DNA from: Eledone cirrhosa
Taxonomy: Eukaryota
Direction of reading: 5' to 3'
Assembly: GCA_964016885.1 (NCBI GenBank)
Contig: OZ024756.1
Coordinates: 31,124,001 to 31,188,000, forward strand
DNA: 64,000 bases
The notes under the pieces: generated by a model
The model's input: the letters and a program-made list of their open reading frames with translations, nothing else
Database searches by the model: none
What the model was told of the DNA's origin: nothing
Position numbers and translations under genes: made by a program
Shown here: piece by piece, positions 1 to 12,552 of the stretch
How the letters are laid out: each line of letters starts with the position of its first letter
Numbering within the stretch: the stretch's first letter is position 1

Positions 1-120
1 CTGTAAGGTAGAACGGAAAAGTCTACCTTATCAGAGTTTGAACTCAGAATGTAAAAGGCTGTAACTTTATAACATAAAGCATGTTGTCCGACGCCCAACC
101 GATACTGCCAATCCACCACC
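1..120 (-). mobile_element. tRNA-derived SINE family A, 5' part (cut by window edge)
   Basis: Reverse complement has an A-box-like TGGCAGTATCGG and a B-box-like GAGTTCAAA; matches the other family A copies. Confidence 0.8.
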
Positions 121-124
121 CTAG

Positions 125-530
125 TATATTACAATATAATATAACATAATGTAATATAATATAATGTAATATAATGTAATATAATATAATGTAATATAAT
201 GTAATATAATATAATATATTATAATATAATATAATATAATGTAATATAATGTAATATAATATAATATAATATAATATAATGTAATATAATGTAATATAAT
301 GTAATATAATGTAATATAATATAATATAATATAATATAATATAATGTAATATAATGTAATATAATGTAATATAATGTAATATAATATAATATAATATAAT
401 ATAATATAATGTAATATAATATAATGTAATATAATATAATGTAATATAATATAATATAATATAATATAATATAATATAATATAATATAATGTAATATAAT
501 ATAATATACTGTAATTAATAACATATATAA
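125..530. repeat. (TAATA/TAATG)n pentanucleotide microsatellite
   Basis: Direct reading. Confidence 0.95.
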
Positions 531-532
531 TA

Positions 533-928
533 TAATTGTTTCTACTGTTGGCACAAGGCCAGCAATTACCCAGGGGATTCAGACTCAAACTCAGAAGCTC
601 CCGCGTCTTGCGACGCATGAGGCAATCATAGTGTTCCATCGCGTTCGGTCAGCAGCCAGTTGCACAGCGTCCCGCCATTGTTTGTTTGTCGCTCGCAGGT
701 CCCTCTCAACTGTCAGGCGCCAGTTCATTTTGGGTCGCCCTCTCCGTCTGCTTCCCTGCCTGCAGGCTCCATTTAAGTGGGTTACTGGTACTTTAATTTA
801 TCGATACCGTAAGGATGAATGGCAAAGTTAACCTCGGCGGGATTTGAACGCAGAATAGCAAGGGCCGTAACTCTATGCGTCAAAGCATAGCCTCCGACCC
901 TCTACCGATACTGCCAATCCACAGCCCT
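533..928 (-). mobile_element. SINE family A copy interrupted by a LINE fragment
   Basis: 533-573 and 782-928 join into a complete family A SINE. Confidence 0.85.
574..781 (-). mobile_element. 5'-truncated RTE-like LINE 3' end inserted in the SINE
   Basis: Minus strand reads GSRRRGRPKMNWRLTVERDL...AADRTRW..*, typical of an RTE-group C-terminus, followed by a short TGAGT-repeat tail. Confidence 0.75.
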
Positions 929-1215
929 CAATAACATATATAATATAATATAATATATTCTGATCGAACAAGGCGTAAGATATCATAATATAGATTAAAA
1001 TAAATTGAAATAGTATAGATATTTAATATGAGGTAAGGGAACTCAGTACAACACACAGAGTAATGATGATGAATGGTGTGGAAATATACACTAGACACGA
1101 TTACAATAGAAGAGATGAGACACAGAAACATGCGTTAAGTAATATATATACTTCACACTCATATATATATATGTGTGTTTGTGTGTATATATGTGTGCAT
1201 ATATATATATATATA

Positions 1216-1268
<53 letters not shown>

Positions 1269-1397
1269 GGAAAAAATGAAACGAAATTTCATTTCCCACT
1301 CCATACGTACATATACGTATATATGTGTGCATGTATGTATATATATATACATACTACTGTCCGTCTGTATACATATATGTATGTACGTGTACATACT

Positions 1398-1491
<94 letters not shown>

Positions 1492-1554
1492 ATGGGTTTG
1501 AAGCTGTTACTTCTTAATTAACTGAATGTAAAAAAATTCATAACTCGCTCACTG

Positions 1555-1660
<106 letters not shown>

Positions 1661-2029
1661 AAGAAAGAGAGAGACAGACAGGCAGACAGGCAGGCAGACA
1701 GACAGACAGACATAGATAGAGCGTTTAATTATTTGTTCTAGGTTTCCACGTTTTGAGTTCGAACCCCAATGAGATTCACTGACTCTTTATTCATCCTTTC
1801 AGGAATTATTTAAAAAAAAATAATGTAACAGTCCCCGTACTGGTTCAACCCTCTCCTCTTCCAGCTGTCATACCTTGGATATTTTACTAACTCCAGGGAT
1901 GAAGGGTTGAGTGTTTGCCTATGTGTGGTTGCGATTGCAGTGGCATCTAAAACTATTACCGAAATCATGACACATACTACCAAGTCATTCGCTAATGATG
2001 GTTGTATTTTAACATAATTATATTACTAC

Positions 2030-2133
2030 GCCAGGTTGACTTTGCCTTTCATCCTTACGGGGTCTATAAAATAGAGTACCAGTAATGCACTGGGTTATTG
2101 CTGGCCTTGTGCCTAAAGTAGAAACAATTATAT
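2030..2133 (+). mobile_element. SINE family A, 3' half
   Basis: GACTTTGCCTTTCATCCTTACGGGGTC...GCTGGCCTTGTGCC..AGTAGAAACAATTA. Confidence 0.8.
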
Positions 2134-2354
2134 TACAACCATAAGTATGGCAGTTCAGCTATAAGTATGGCAGTTCAGCCTATAGTTTTCTTGTCATATA
2201 TTGTATTGTCCCTTTGTATTTCATAATCGTACATATGTTTTAGGTATATACTTGTATATATCTAGAGAGTGCACTCATGAATATAAGGTTATCTATCTCT
2301 TTCTTTCTCTCTCACTCTCCCCCACACACACACACACACACACTGTGACTCCTC

Positions 2355-2407
<53 letters not shown>

Positions 2408-2486
2408 ATATATATATGTATGTGTATCTCTCTATGTATGTATCTATATACATATATATATATATGGGTGTGTGTGTCTCTCTCTC

Positions 2487-2539
<53 letters not shown>

Positions 2540-3235
2540 CGGTTTATATCGATGTCTCCCACTGTGTATACACAGTATATATATTTATAACTATTATACG
2601 TTTTTTTTATATATCACGCATGTTGTTATAATCACATTACATGTTTTATTTTTCACACCTCATCCATCATTATATACAGTATATATTTTATTTCATTTCC
2701 ATTTCATACAAGATATACCTTTATTAGATGTTTACATATTATATTATATTGAATTATGTTATATCACATCGAAATATACATGTTATATTGCAACATTTTG
2801 TCTTTCGTATATTTTATATTTGGAAACCTCATTGAAACATATTCCTCTCCCTTAATAATAACGTTTTCTAAACCATGTTTGAATTCAATATATATATATA
2901 TAAATATATATATGTGTGTGTGTGTATGTATGTATGTATATAGACTCACGTCTATGTCTATACATCTATGTCTATATAATGCAAGCCTATATTTTCACGT
3001 ACAATTTAAATTTAACTTCAACTTCAAAAAAAAATCCATTAATCATTAAACTCAAAAATATGGTATGACATAGGAAATTATTAACCACACACAAACATAC
3101 ATATATACATATATATATTTATATTTTTATATTTTTTGTCTTTATTTGTTAATTTTTCATTCGCACCGTTTCCTCTCGCTATATGTCTCTCCACCACTCC
3201 CCTACACACCTTTTGAACTCTGTTCCCACTCACTT

Positions 3236-3272
3236 CTCACCTGAGGAAGGGCTTATGCCCGAAACGTCGTCC
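3236..3272 (+). ncRNA. Minimal hammerhead ribozyme motif (Penelope-type) in a short element between TA tracts (~3120-3360)
   Basis: CTGAGGA-A-GGGC/TTAT/GCCC-GAAA-CGTC; stem I is weak; AATAAA downstream. Confidence 0.65.
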
Positions 3273-3357
3273 CCCACCTACCCCCCACTCTCCTGAGCGT
3301 GAATTTAATAAACATTTATTGTACTGCCTCTCTGTTCTGTCCCTGTTCAAATTTTTC

Positions 3358-3413
<56 letters not shown>

Positions 3414-3542
3414 CATGTTCGCATGCCAACACAAGAGCAAAAATGAAGTGTTAATTCTACTGACATGGCTATAAAATTGAGGCTTGTTTGCAAAATTGCA
3501 AACGAATCGAATGTCATTATTAATATTCGAAAAACTCAGATT

Positions 3543-3663
<121 letters not shown>

Positions 3664-4030
3664 TGTATGTATATACGTAAAACGTAAACACATTTTCAAA
3701 ACAGTAAGGTAAATACAAAAACTACATTTAATGGAAGAGGCTCAGAAGCGACAACAACAACTACAACAACAAGAACAACAAAACCAACAGCAACGGCAAG
3801 ATTATAAGTCTTCTGAATTAGAAGAAAGTTTTAAGACAAAGAATGTCAAATATGAAAGAAATGATAGTAACTAAAACGACAATCTTGAATGACGTTCTTT
3901 GAAATGTGAAATCTTAGACGTTATTTTACTTATGATTTTCCTTGGTAAATATAAATACTTATAAAAATAGATTCGCCTACACTTGCTTTAAGTTTATATA
4001 TAAGCCCTACATATATTTACACAATCACGA

Positions 4031-4122
<92 letters not shown>

Positions 4123-4183
4123 ATATATTTATATATATACAATGATATTAAATAAATGGGAACTATATTTATAAAACCATATT

Positions 4184-4246
4184 TATTTTATTATATATAT
4201 TTCAAGGGTACCAAGACACATTGGTACGCTTTCATCAGATAAAATA
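4184..4246 (-). ncRNA. Type I hammerhead ribozyme, family H1
   Basis: Minus strand: TATTTTAT-CTGATGA-aagcGTACCA..TGGTACcctt-GAAA-TATATA-TA-ATAAAATA; 8-bp stem I and palindromic stem III. Confidence 0.8.
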
Positions 4247-4298
4247 CAAAGTTTGTTTTATAAATAGAGATATAAATAGAGATATAAATAGAGATATA

Positions 4299-4576
<278 letters not shown>

Positions 4577-4703
4577 TATACATACATAAGTACATACATA
4601 TATTTCTAGAGAGAGGATTCTGCTGCATCATGATGCTATACGAATGATACACTTCTAGTCTCTCTCTCTATATATATATGTGTGTGTATACATATGTGTG
4701 TGG

Positions 4704-4750
<47 letters not shown>

Positions 4751-4837
4751 GAGATTTATATTGAAAAGGCTTCTATAAGACCAGAACTGTACCATTCGTA
4801 GGATCATGTTACAGCTGTAGTCTTGTAGAATCCTCTC

Positions 4838-4869
<32 letters not shown>

Positions 4870-5072
4870 TGTATGTATGTATGTACTTATGTATGTATGT
4901 ACTTATGTATGTATGTATATGCATATATGTGTGCGTACGTGAGAGGCTATGCGCATGTGTGTGTTGTGATGTGCTATGTGTGTACGTCTATGTGGGTTAA
5001 TCATCTCTCTCTTCCTCTCTCTCTCTCTCTCTCTCTGTTTGTCATATATTACGCCTCTAGCTATATTATATA

Positions 5073-5265
5073 TGGATTGGCAGTATCGCTAGAGGGTCGG
5101 ACGCCATGCTTTGTTGCATAGAGTTACGGCCTTTTATGTTCTGAGTTAAAATCCGGCCGGCCGGGGTCGATAAAATAAAGTACCAGTCACACACTGCGGT
5201 CGAATTAATCAACTTTCCCCTTCCCCAAAATTGCTGGCCTTGTGCCTATCTATGAAACCATTATA
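5073..5265 (+). mobile_element. SINE family A
   Basis: A/B boxes, GGGGTCGATAAAATAAAGTACC body, family tail; internal deletion. Confidence 0.85.
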
Positions 5266-5593
5266 TAGAAAGACTGCGGTCGATTCGCTATTGCGTATGG
5301 CCATCTTCGGTGGTAACCCTCAATATTTCGGTGCGAATTGTCTTTTATTACTCATTTTCATTACAGCAATATTTTCCATGCATGTGTAACTGATCATGCT
5401 GTTGATTTGTGGCTATATCTCAAATTCTATTTCTCGATATTCGATGTTCTTCAGGTAAAAAAGAATCAGTTTCATATTAAAGACGCTGTTTTCCGATACA
5501 TTGCAGTAATAATTACCAGATATATTGTATTTTTCCCTATCTGATAATATCTGAGGGTATATAATTTACTGTTCTATGTATTGTGAATTAAAG

Positions 5594-5657
<64 letters not shown>

Positions 5658-5964
5658 CGTATATATGTGTATATATATATTTATATTTGGATGTGTGTAT
5701 ATGAATATATGTATGTGAGTGTGTATATGGGTGGGTGGGTGCGTACGAGCATGGGTAGTTGCACGTGTTTGTACATGTCCATATACATTGCATACATACA
5801 TGCATACCTAAATGTATACATACATACATACAAACATATATACATACGTACGTACATACATACAAACACATTTATGTACATACATACACACATACATACA
5901 TACATACATACATACATACATACATACATACATACATACATACATACATACATACATACATACA

Positions 5965-6383
5965 CCCTGATTACACCTTCAGATTTATGCCTGTGATTAT
6001 TGGGGCACTGGGGTATGTTAGTAACTGCCTCAATACAAATCTTGAGAAGCTAGGCTTCACAGAAACAGAAAGAACAAAACTAGTTAGGAAATTACAAATA
6101 TAATCCATTAATGGAACAGTAAAAATATGTAAAACATTCCAAAAATGTTGCATCTAATAACTGCATATACACATGTACAGATGCAAAGCATATACACATG
6201 CACACATACAACTCAAAACATCCACATCCACACATACAATAACATCCATACCTACACATGCATGCATACGTACATATCTAGCTAGTTGATGTTGTGTAAA
6301 TTCCAATGAGAGAGTCTTGTATCTATGTTAGAAATCGACTCTCTCTCTATTGGAAAAAATTGAGAAATTATAAAACCAGAAGA
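5965..6383 (+). mobile_element. 3' fragment of a restriction-like-endonuclease non-LTR retrotransposon (R4/Dong-like) in (ACAT)n
   Basis: Encodes PDYTFRFMPVIIGALGYV...KLQI*SINGTVKICKTF (RLE C-terminal PxxxGALG motif, one stop); 3'UTR hairpin TTCCAATGAGAGAGTC..GACTCTCTCTCTATTGGAA; ACAT repeats on both sides. Confidence 0.7.
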
Positions 6384-6486
6384 ACATACATACATGATGG
6401 CTGCCCCCTCGTTATCGAGTATGGCCATTGCACAATAAAAAAAAAAAAATAAATAAATAAAATAAAATAAATAAATAAAATAAAAA

Positions 6487-6535
<49 letters not shown>

Positions 6536-6564
6536 AAAAAAAAAAAAAAAAAAAAAGGGAAAAG

Positions 6565-6599
<35 letters not shown>

Positions 6600-6719
6600 T
6601 ACATATATATATATACACACATATATATACACACACACATACATACACATACATACATATATACACACACACATACATACACATACACTCACACATATAT
6701 ACACACATACATTAATAAC

Positions 6720-6765
<46 letters not shown>

Positions 6766-8096
6766 GCAATAATAATAATAACGACAACAACAATAATAAT
6801 ATACATATTCATATATATATACACACACACGCACGCACATAAGCATATCTACACACACACACAGACACACACACAAACACACGATAGCAACTAACAGTGC
6901 TGCGATCGAATGTGGCTTTTTAGCCCAGCCAATGATCTAAAATGTCTTGCACAGAGTCGGCAACCAAAACATTTACTGGGAATAGTCGGCTGTGGTTGGA
7001 GTTCGTGTACTTTTGCATGTCGCTTGAGTCCTCCTGCTGATTTACATTCTCTACCACATGTTTGGCAAGCATGATGAGTAGCATCTCCGACAGCAGCCTG
7101 GTAGTCAACCACTGGTCTTACTTTATGACTGCGAAGATGACTTTCGAGTCCAGCTTTGCTTAGGCAGAGTCTCGCACAGACGCTGCATGTCAGAAACATA
7201 GGAGGACCCTCGCCGTCTGGAAGTGCAACAGCAATACCCTTCCTCACGTCCCGCTTTACTTTCTCGTGTGCGATTCGAGATGCCTCAAAGGCAACTTTTC
7301 CCTCATATACAGTCTTTCTCCATTTATTACGATCAGCAGCAATATTTTCCCATGTATCAGCAGAGATGTTAGCGTCTTTCAGAGAGGCTTTCAAGGAATC
7401 CTTATACCTCTTTTTTGGTTTATGTGGCGGTCGTTTTCCTTTAACCAACTCTCCATAGAAGAGTTGTTTTGGTATTCTAGAATCCTTCATCCTGGCAAGG
7501 TGACCACTCCAACGGAGTCGCTGCTTAAGCACAAGAGCTTCTATACTGTCACACATAGAGCTTTCCAAAATCTCGACATCACTGATGTGGTCCCTCCAGC
7601 GAACGCCATGTATCCGTCTGAGACACATCTGATGGAAACGCTCCAATTGCTTAAGGTGGCGTCGATATGTGACCCAGGTCTCGCAGGCATAAAGAAGACA
7701 AGAGAGTACACATGCCCTGTACACCCTTACCTTTGTCCTCCTGCATATGTCTCGCCGACCCCAGAGTCGCCTTTCTAGCTTTCCGAAAGCATCACTTGCT
7801 TTCCTAATCCTAAGTGAGATTTCAGTCAAGGTTGCCGTATCGATTGACAGTGCTTCCCAGGTAGACAAACTGATCAACCACTCCAAGTCGTCTGCCATAC
7901 ACATAGATGTTTGGTTCAGTGTACTGCCTACCAGGTGCAGGTTGGTACATGACGACGGTTTTCTTGAGACTGACAGTCAAACCCAGGGCAGTGCAAGCGT
8001 CAGAAAATACATTCAAAATGTGCTGCATATCACTCTCTGTGTGCGCTACAAGATCGCAATCATCTGCATACAAGAGGTCTCTTATGACTGATGTAA
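6384..8096 (-). mobile_element. 5'-truncated tandem copy of the RTE LINE (from YADD to 3' end), frameshifted
   Basis: Nearly identical to 8178-9638; about 7 substitutions seen by eye plus a 2-bp deletion near 7824; same 3'UTR and short (ATGT)n tail. Confidence 0.95.
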
Positions 8097-8216
8097 TACA
8101 TACATACATACATACATACATACATACATACGTACGTACGTACGTACGTACGTACGTACGTACGTACATACATACATGATGGCTGCCCCCTCGTTATCGA
8201 GTATGGCCATTGCACA

Positions 8217-8305
<89 letters not shown>

Positions 8306-8384
8306 GCAATAATAATAATAACGACAACAACAATAATAATATACATATCCATATATATATACACACACACGCACGCACATAAGC

Positions 8385-8422
<38 letters not shown>

Positions 8423-11400
8423 GATAGCAACTAACAGTGCTGCGATCGAATGTGGCTTTTTAGCCCAGCCAATGATCCAAAATGTCTTGCACAGAGTCGG
8501 CAACCAAAACATTTACTGGGAATAGTCGGCTGTGGTTGGAGTTCGTGTACTTTTGCATGTCGCTTGAGTCCTCCTGCTGATTTACATTCTCTACCACATG
8601 TTTGGCAAGCATGATGAGTAGCATCTCCAACAGCAGCCTGGTAGTCAACCACTGGTCTTACTTTATGACTGCGAAGATGACTTTCGAGTCCAGCTTTGCT
8701 TAGGCAGAGTCTCGCACAGACGCTGCATGTCAGAAACATAGGAGGACCCTCGCCGTCTGGAAGTGCAACAGCAATACCCTTCCTCACGTCCCGCTTTACT
8801 TTCTCGTGTGCGATTCGAGATGCCTCAAAGGCAACTTTTCCCTCATATACAGTCTTTCTCCATTTATTACGATCAGCAGCAATATTTTCCCATGTATCAG
8901 CAGAGATGTTAGCGTCTTTCAGAGAGGCCTTCAAGGAATCCTTATACCTCTTTTTTGGTTTATGTGGCGGTCGTTTTCCTTTAACCAACTCTCCATAGAA
9001 GAGTTGTTTTGGTATTCTAGAATCCTTCATCCTGGCAAGGTGACCACTCCAACGGAGTCGCTGCCTAAGCACAAGAGCTTCTATACTGTCACACATAGAG
9101 CTTTCCAAAATCTCGACATCACTGATGTGGTCCCTCCAGCGAACGCCATGTATCCGTCTGAGACACATCTGATGGAAACGCTCCAATTGCTTAAGGTGGC
9201 GTCGATATGTGACCCAGGTCTCGCAGGCATAAAGAAGACAAGAGAGTACACATGCCCTGTACACCTTTACCTTTGTCCTCCTGCATATGTCTCGCCGACC
9301 CCAGAGTCGCCTTTCTAGCTTTCCGAAAGCATCACTTGCTTTCCTAATCCTAAGTGAGATTTCACCGTCAAGGTTGCCGTATCGATTGACAGTGCTTCCC
9401 AGGTAGACAAACTGATCAACCACTCCAAGTCGTTTGCCATACACATAGATGTTTGGTTCAGTGTACTGCCCACCAGGTGCAGGTTGGTACATGACGACGG
9501 TTTTCTTGAGACTGACAGTCAAACCCAGGGCAGTGCAAGCGTCAGAAAATACATTCAAAATGTGCTGCATATCACTCTCTGTGTGCGCTACAAGATCGCA
9601 ATCATCTGCATACAAGAGGTCTCTTATGACTGATGTAAATACTTTTGTCTTCGCAGCAAAGCGCCTGATGTTAAATATGCTGCCTGAGGTTCGATATCGG
9701 ATGTAAACACCATGCTCGCAATTCCTGAATGCAACACAGAAAACCATTGCAAAGTATATGGCAAACAGGGTCGGTGCTGGAATATCCCCCTGTTTCACTC
9801 CATTTTTTACTGAGATAGGCTCCGACATGTTACCTCCGACATTAACCCAAGCCTTCATGTCGTCATGGAAAGACCTAACTAAAGCAAGGAACTTATCAGG
9901 GCAACCAAGTTTCTGGAGAACCTTCCATAATGCATCTCTGTTGACAGTATCGAAAGCCTTTGTCAGATCGACAAAAACCTGATACAGATCCAAGCCCTGT
10001 TCAATGCACTTCTCCTGGAGCTGTCTAGCTGAGAAGATCATATCAGTAGTGCCGCGTCCAACACGAAAACCAGATTGACTTTCAGGAAGGACACAATCTG
10101 CAATGTGTGTCAGCAGACGGTCCAGAAGCACCCTACATAAAACCTTCCCCACGACAGAAAGCAATGATATACCTCTGTAGTTCCCACAATCATTCCTGTT
10201 ACCCTTTCCCTTGTACAAGACCACCATTACTGCATCTCTCCAGTCCTCAGGCACGGATTCATTAGCCCATATCCTTCCAAACAGAGAGTGAAGATGTTGC
10301 AGGAGTCTCTCACCACCATATTGTAGGAGCTCAGCATGTATGCCATCCATACCTGGAGATCTTCCACTGTTCAGCTTCGAAATAGCCACTGCAACCTCCA
10401 CAAGTGTCGGAGGCTCTGCGAGAGCTACTTTCACAGGACTTTCCGGAATGAGATTGAGGAAATCTTCACTGACGACAGACGGCTGATTCAAAAGATCATC
10501 AAAGTGCTCCCGCCACCTTCGTAGAATTCCCTGTGAGTCACGAAGAAGTTCTTTGCCATCCTTGCTGCGAATCGGTGTCACCAGAGAAGAAGACGGTCCA
10601 TAAACCTCACGCAAGAGACTGTACAACAGCTTTGTGTTATTGCAATCAGACGCAGTTTGTATCTCACCAGCCTTCTCACTCCACCACTGATCCTTCATCT
10701 GAGAAAGACTCCGCCTAACACGTGATTTTACATCCCTGAGCTCCTCATGCAACGTATTCCTCTCCTGTGGTCTTGCCGTCAAGTAGCGTGACAGAGCGCG
10801 CCTCTTATCAGCCAACAAGTCATCTATATGCACATCTTTCTCATTAAACCAGTCCTGATGTTTTCTCTGCACCAATCCCAGAACACGTCTGCCTACATCA
10901 TAAACCGACTTTTTAAGGGTCGGCCAATCCTCACCAAGATCTGCAGCCTGCATCTCTTCTTCCAATGTCCTCTTCACATTTTTATCCTTAAGACGAGCAG
11001 CATTCAATCTTTTGGGCAGGGTAACACCAGGAGCCCGGATTTTACGTTTGGTGATTAGATTCACTTTTGCGCGTACCAGGCGGTGGTCCGTCCAGCACTC
11101 AGCTCCACGAAGAACACGAACACACCGCACATCCTGTCTGTCACGCATCCTGACTAGGACGTAGTCCAAAAGATGCCATTCCTTAGATGCAGGATGCATC
11201 CATGTGGTCTTGAATTTGTTCTTTTGTTGGAACATGGTGTTGGTAACACACAGATCCAGCTCCTCACACATCTGCAGCAAGAGCATACCATTGCTGTTAC
11301 ACTTTCCCACCCCATGCCTTCCGATTACATTCCATGTGTTAAAATCCCTACCCACTCTAGCATTAAAGTCACCAAGCACGATGACTTTGTCTGCCTGAGG

Positions 11401-11985
11401 GATATTTCTTAAAACACCTTTCAAGGCATGGTAAAAGGACAGTTTTTCTTCATCGACAGAATTCATAGTTGGAGCATACACACCCACCAGGGTAGCATAT
11501 CTTCCCTTGTCCAGCGGAACTCTCATGGACATAAGACGCTCACTAATCCCCACTGGGAATTCTTCCAATTTATTCACCAGTACAGTCTTAACAGCAAATC
11601 CTACCCCAGCCTCTCTTCTGGTTCCTTCATCTCTTCCTTTCCAGAAGAATGTATATTCTCCACAAAATTCCGTAAGATGACCATCCCCAGCTAACCTCGT
11701 CTCAGACAAAGCCACGATGTCAAGATCGTAACGTCGAAGCTCCTTCGCAACAAGAGCGGTCCTTCGTTCAGGACGCTCCAAAGAATCCCTGTCAAGCAGC
11801 GTCCGTACGTTCCAGCAGCCAAGACTAAATGCCCTGTTTGGCTCTATTACAATGGCACGATGACGGGCGGGCCCAGGTTGTGATAACTTGGGGCCCCTGC
11901 CCTTATTGCCAATGATCTTTTTTGTTCCAGAACCCAAATTGGCAATTATCTCGTTTACATTGTTCTGGAACATCATTGAATTGGG

Positions 11986-12025
<40 letters not shown>

Positions 12026-12030
12026 TAATA

Positions 12031-12068
<38 letters not shown>

Positions 12069-12369
12069 ACACTATTAATAATTATTAATGCACTCGTGCA
12101 ATGCCTGTGCGTGACGAATATTTTTAAAGTGAGGAAAGACTGTGCACTGAACCAATCCCACTCTCTGAGCGACAGTAGCTATAACCCGAAAAGAAGAAAA
12201 GATCAACATCATCGGTAACTACTGAGCCGCAGGTTTTATATCGGAGTTAACCCAGTTTCCTGAGATGCCTTCTCCTAGAAGAATACCCTGACATGGGCTA
12301 GGGGTTCTTCACTCCCAGTGGTTTAACTGCGCGATCGGGCATCCAGCCCGATTATTTCTATGTCCCCGC

Positions 12370-12371
<2 letters not shown>
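8097..12371 (-). mobile_element. Apparently full-length RTE-clade LINE (5'UTR ~11977-12371, ORF, 3'UTR, (ATGT/ACGT)n tail)
   Basis: Single APE-RT ORF; RTE-type 5'UTR motif CTAGGAGAAGG; 3' terminal CTCGATAACGAG hairpin before the tandem tail. Confidence 0.92.
8431..11976 (-). CDS. RTE LINE polyprotein: APE endonuclease + reverse transcriptase + 3 C2H2 zinc fingers (1181 aa, uninterrupted)
   Basis: APE motifs WNVRTL, ALSETR, GVYAPT, GDFNARVG, LDYV, TDH; RT motifs NYRGISLLS, QSGFR, FVDLTKAFD, GVKQG, LYADD; fingers CSVC..HLRSH, CQTC..HAKVH, CRLC..HIRSQH. Confidence 0.97.
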   Translation of the reverse strand: MMFQNNVNEIIANLGSGTKKIIGNKGRGPKLSQPGPARHRAIVIEPNRAFSLGCWNVRTLLDRDSLERPERRTALVAKELRRYDLDIVALSETRLAGDGHLTEFCGEYTFFWKGRDEGTRREAGVGFAVKTVLVNKLEEFPVGISERLMSMRVPLDKGRYATLVGVYAPTMNSVDEEKLSFYHALKGVLRNIPQADKVIVLGDFNARVGRDFNTWNVIGRHGVGKCNSNGMLLLQMCEELDLCVTNTMFQQKNKFKTTWMHPASKEWHLLDYVLVRMRDRQDVRCVRVLRGAECWTDHRLVRAKVNLITKRKIRAPGVTLPKRLNAARLKDKNVKRTLEEEMQAADLGEDWPTLKKSVYDVGRRVLGLVQRKHQDWFNEKDVHIDDLLADKRRALSRYLTARPQERNTLHEELRDVKSRVRRSLSQMKDQWWSEKAGEIQTASDCNNTKLLYSLLREVYGPSSSLVTPIRSKDGKELLRDSQGILRRWREHFDDLLNQPSVVSEDFLNLIPESPVKVALAEPPTLVEVAVAISKLNSGRSPGMDGIHAELLQYGGERLLQHLHSLFGRIWANESVPEDWRDAVMVVLYKGKGNRNDCGNYRGISLLSVVGKVLCRVLLDRLLTHIADCVLPESQSGFRVGRGTTDMIFSARQLQEKCIEQGLDLYQVFVDLTKAFDTVNRDALWKVLQKLGCPDKFLALVRSFHDDMKAWVNVGGNMSEPISVKNGVKQGDIPAPTLFAIYFAMVFCVAFRNCEHGVYIRYRTSGSIFNIRRFAAKTKVFTSVIRDLLYADDCDLVAHTESDMQHILNVFSDACTALGLTVSLKKTVVMYQPAPGGQYTEPNIYVYGKRLGVVDQFVYLGSTVNRYGNLDGEISLRIRKASDAFGKLERRLWGRRDICRRTKVKVYRACVLSCLLYACETWVTYRRHLKQLERFHQMCLRRIHGVRWRDHISDVEILESSMCDSIEALVLRQRLRWSGHLARMKDSRIPKQLFYGELVKGKRPPHKPKKRYKDSLKASLKDANISADTWENIAADRNKWRKTVYEGKVAFEASRIAHEKVKRDVRKGIAVALPDGEGPPMFLTCSVCARLCLSKAGLESHLRSHKVRPVVDYQAAVGDATHHACQTCGRECKSAGGLKRHAKVHELQPQPTIPSKCFGCRLCARHFGSLAGLKSHIRSQHC

Positions 12372-12402
<31 letters not shown>

Positions 12403-12552
12403 ATACATACATACATACATACATACATACATACATACATACATACATACATACATACATACATACATACATACATACATACGTACGTACGTACGTACGT
12501 ACGTACGTACATACATACATACATACATACATACATACATACATACATACAT

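Noticed and set aside
6891-7904. 337-aa zinc-finger ORF as a host C2H2 gene
   Set aside because: It is the frameshifted 3' part of the RTE duplicate
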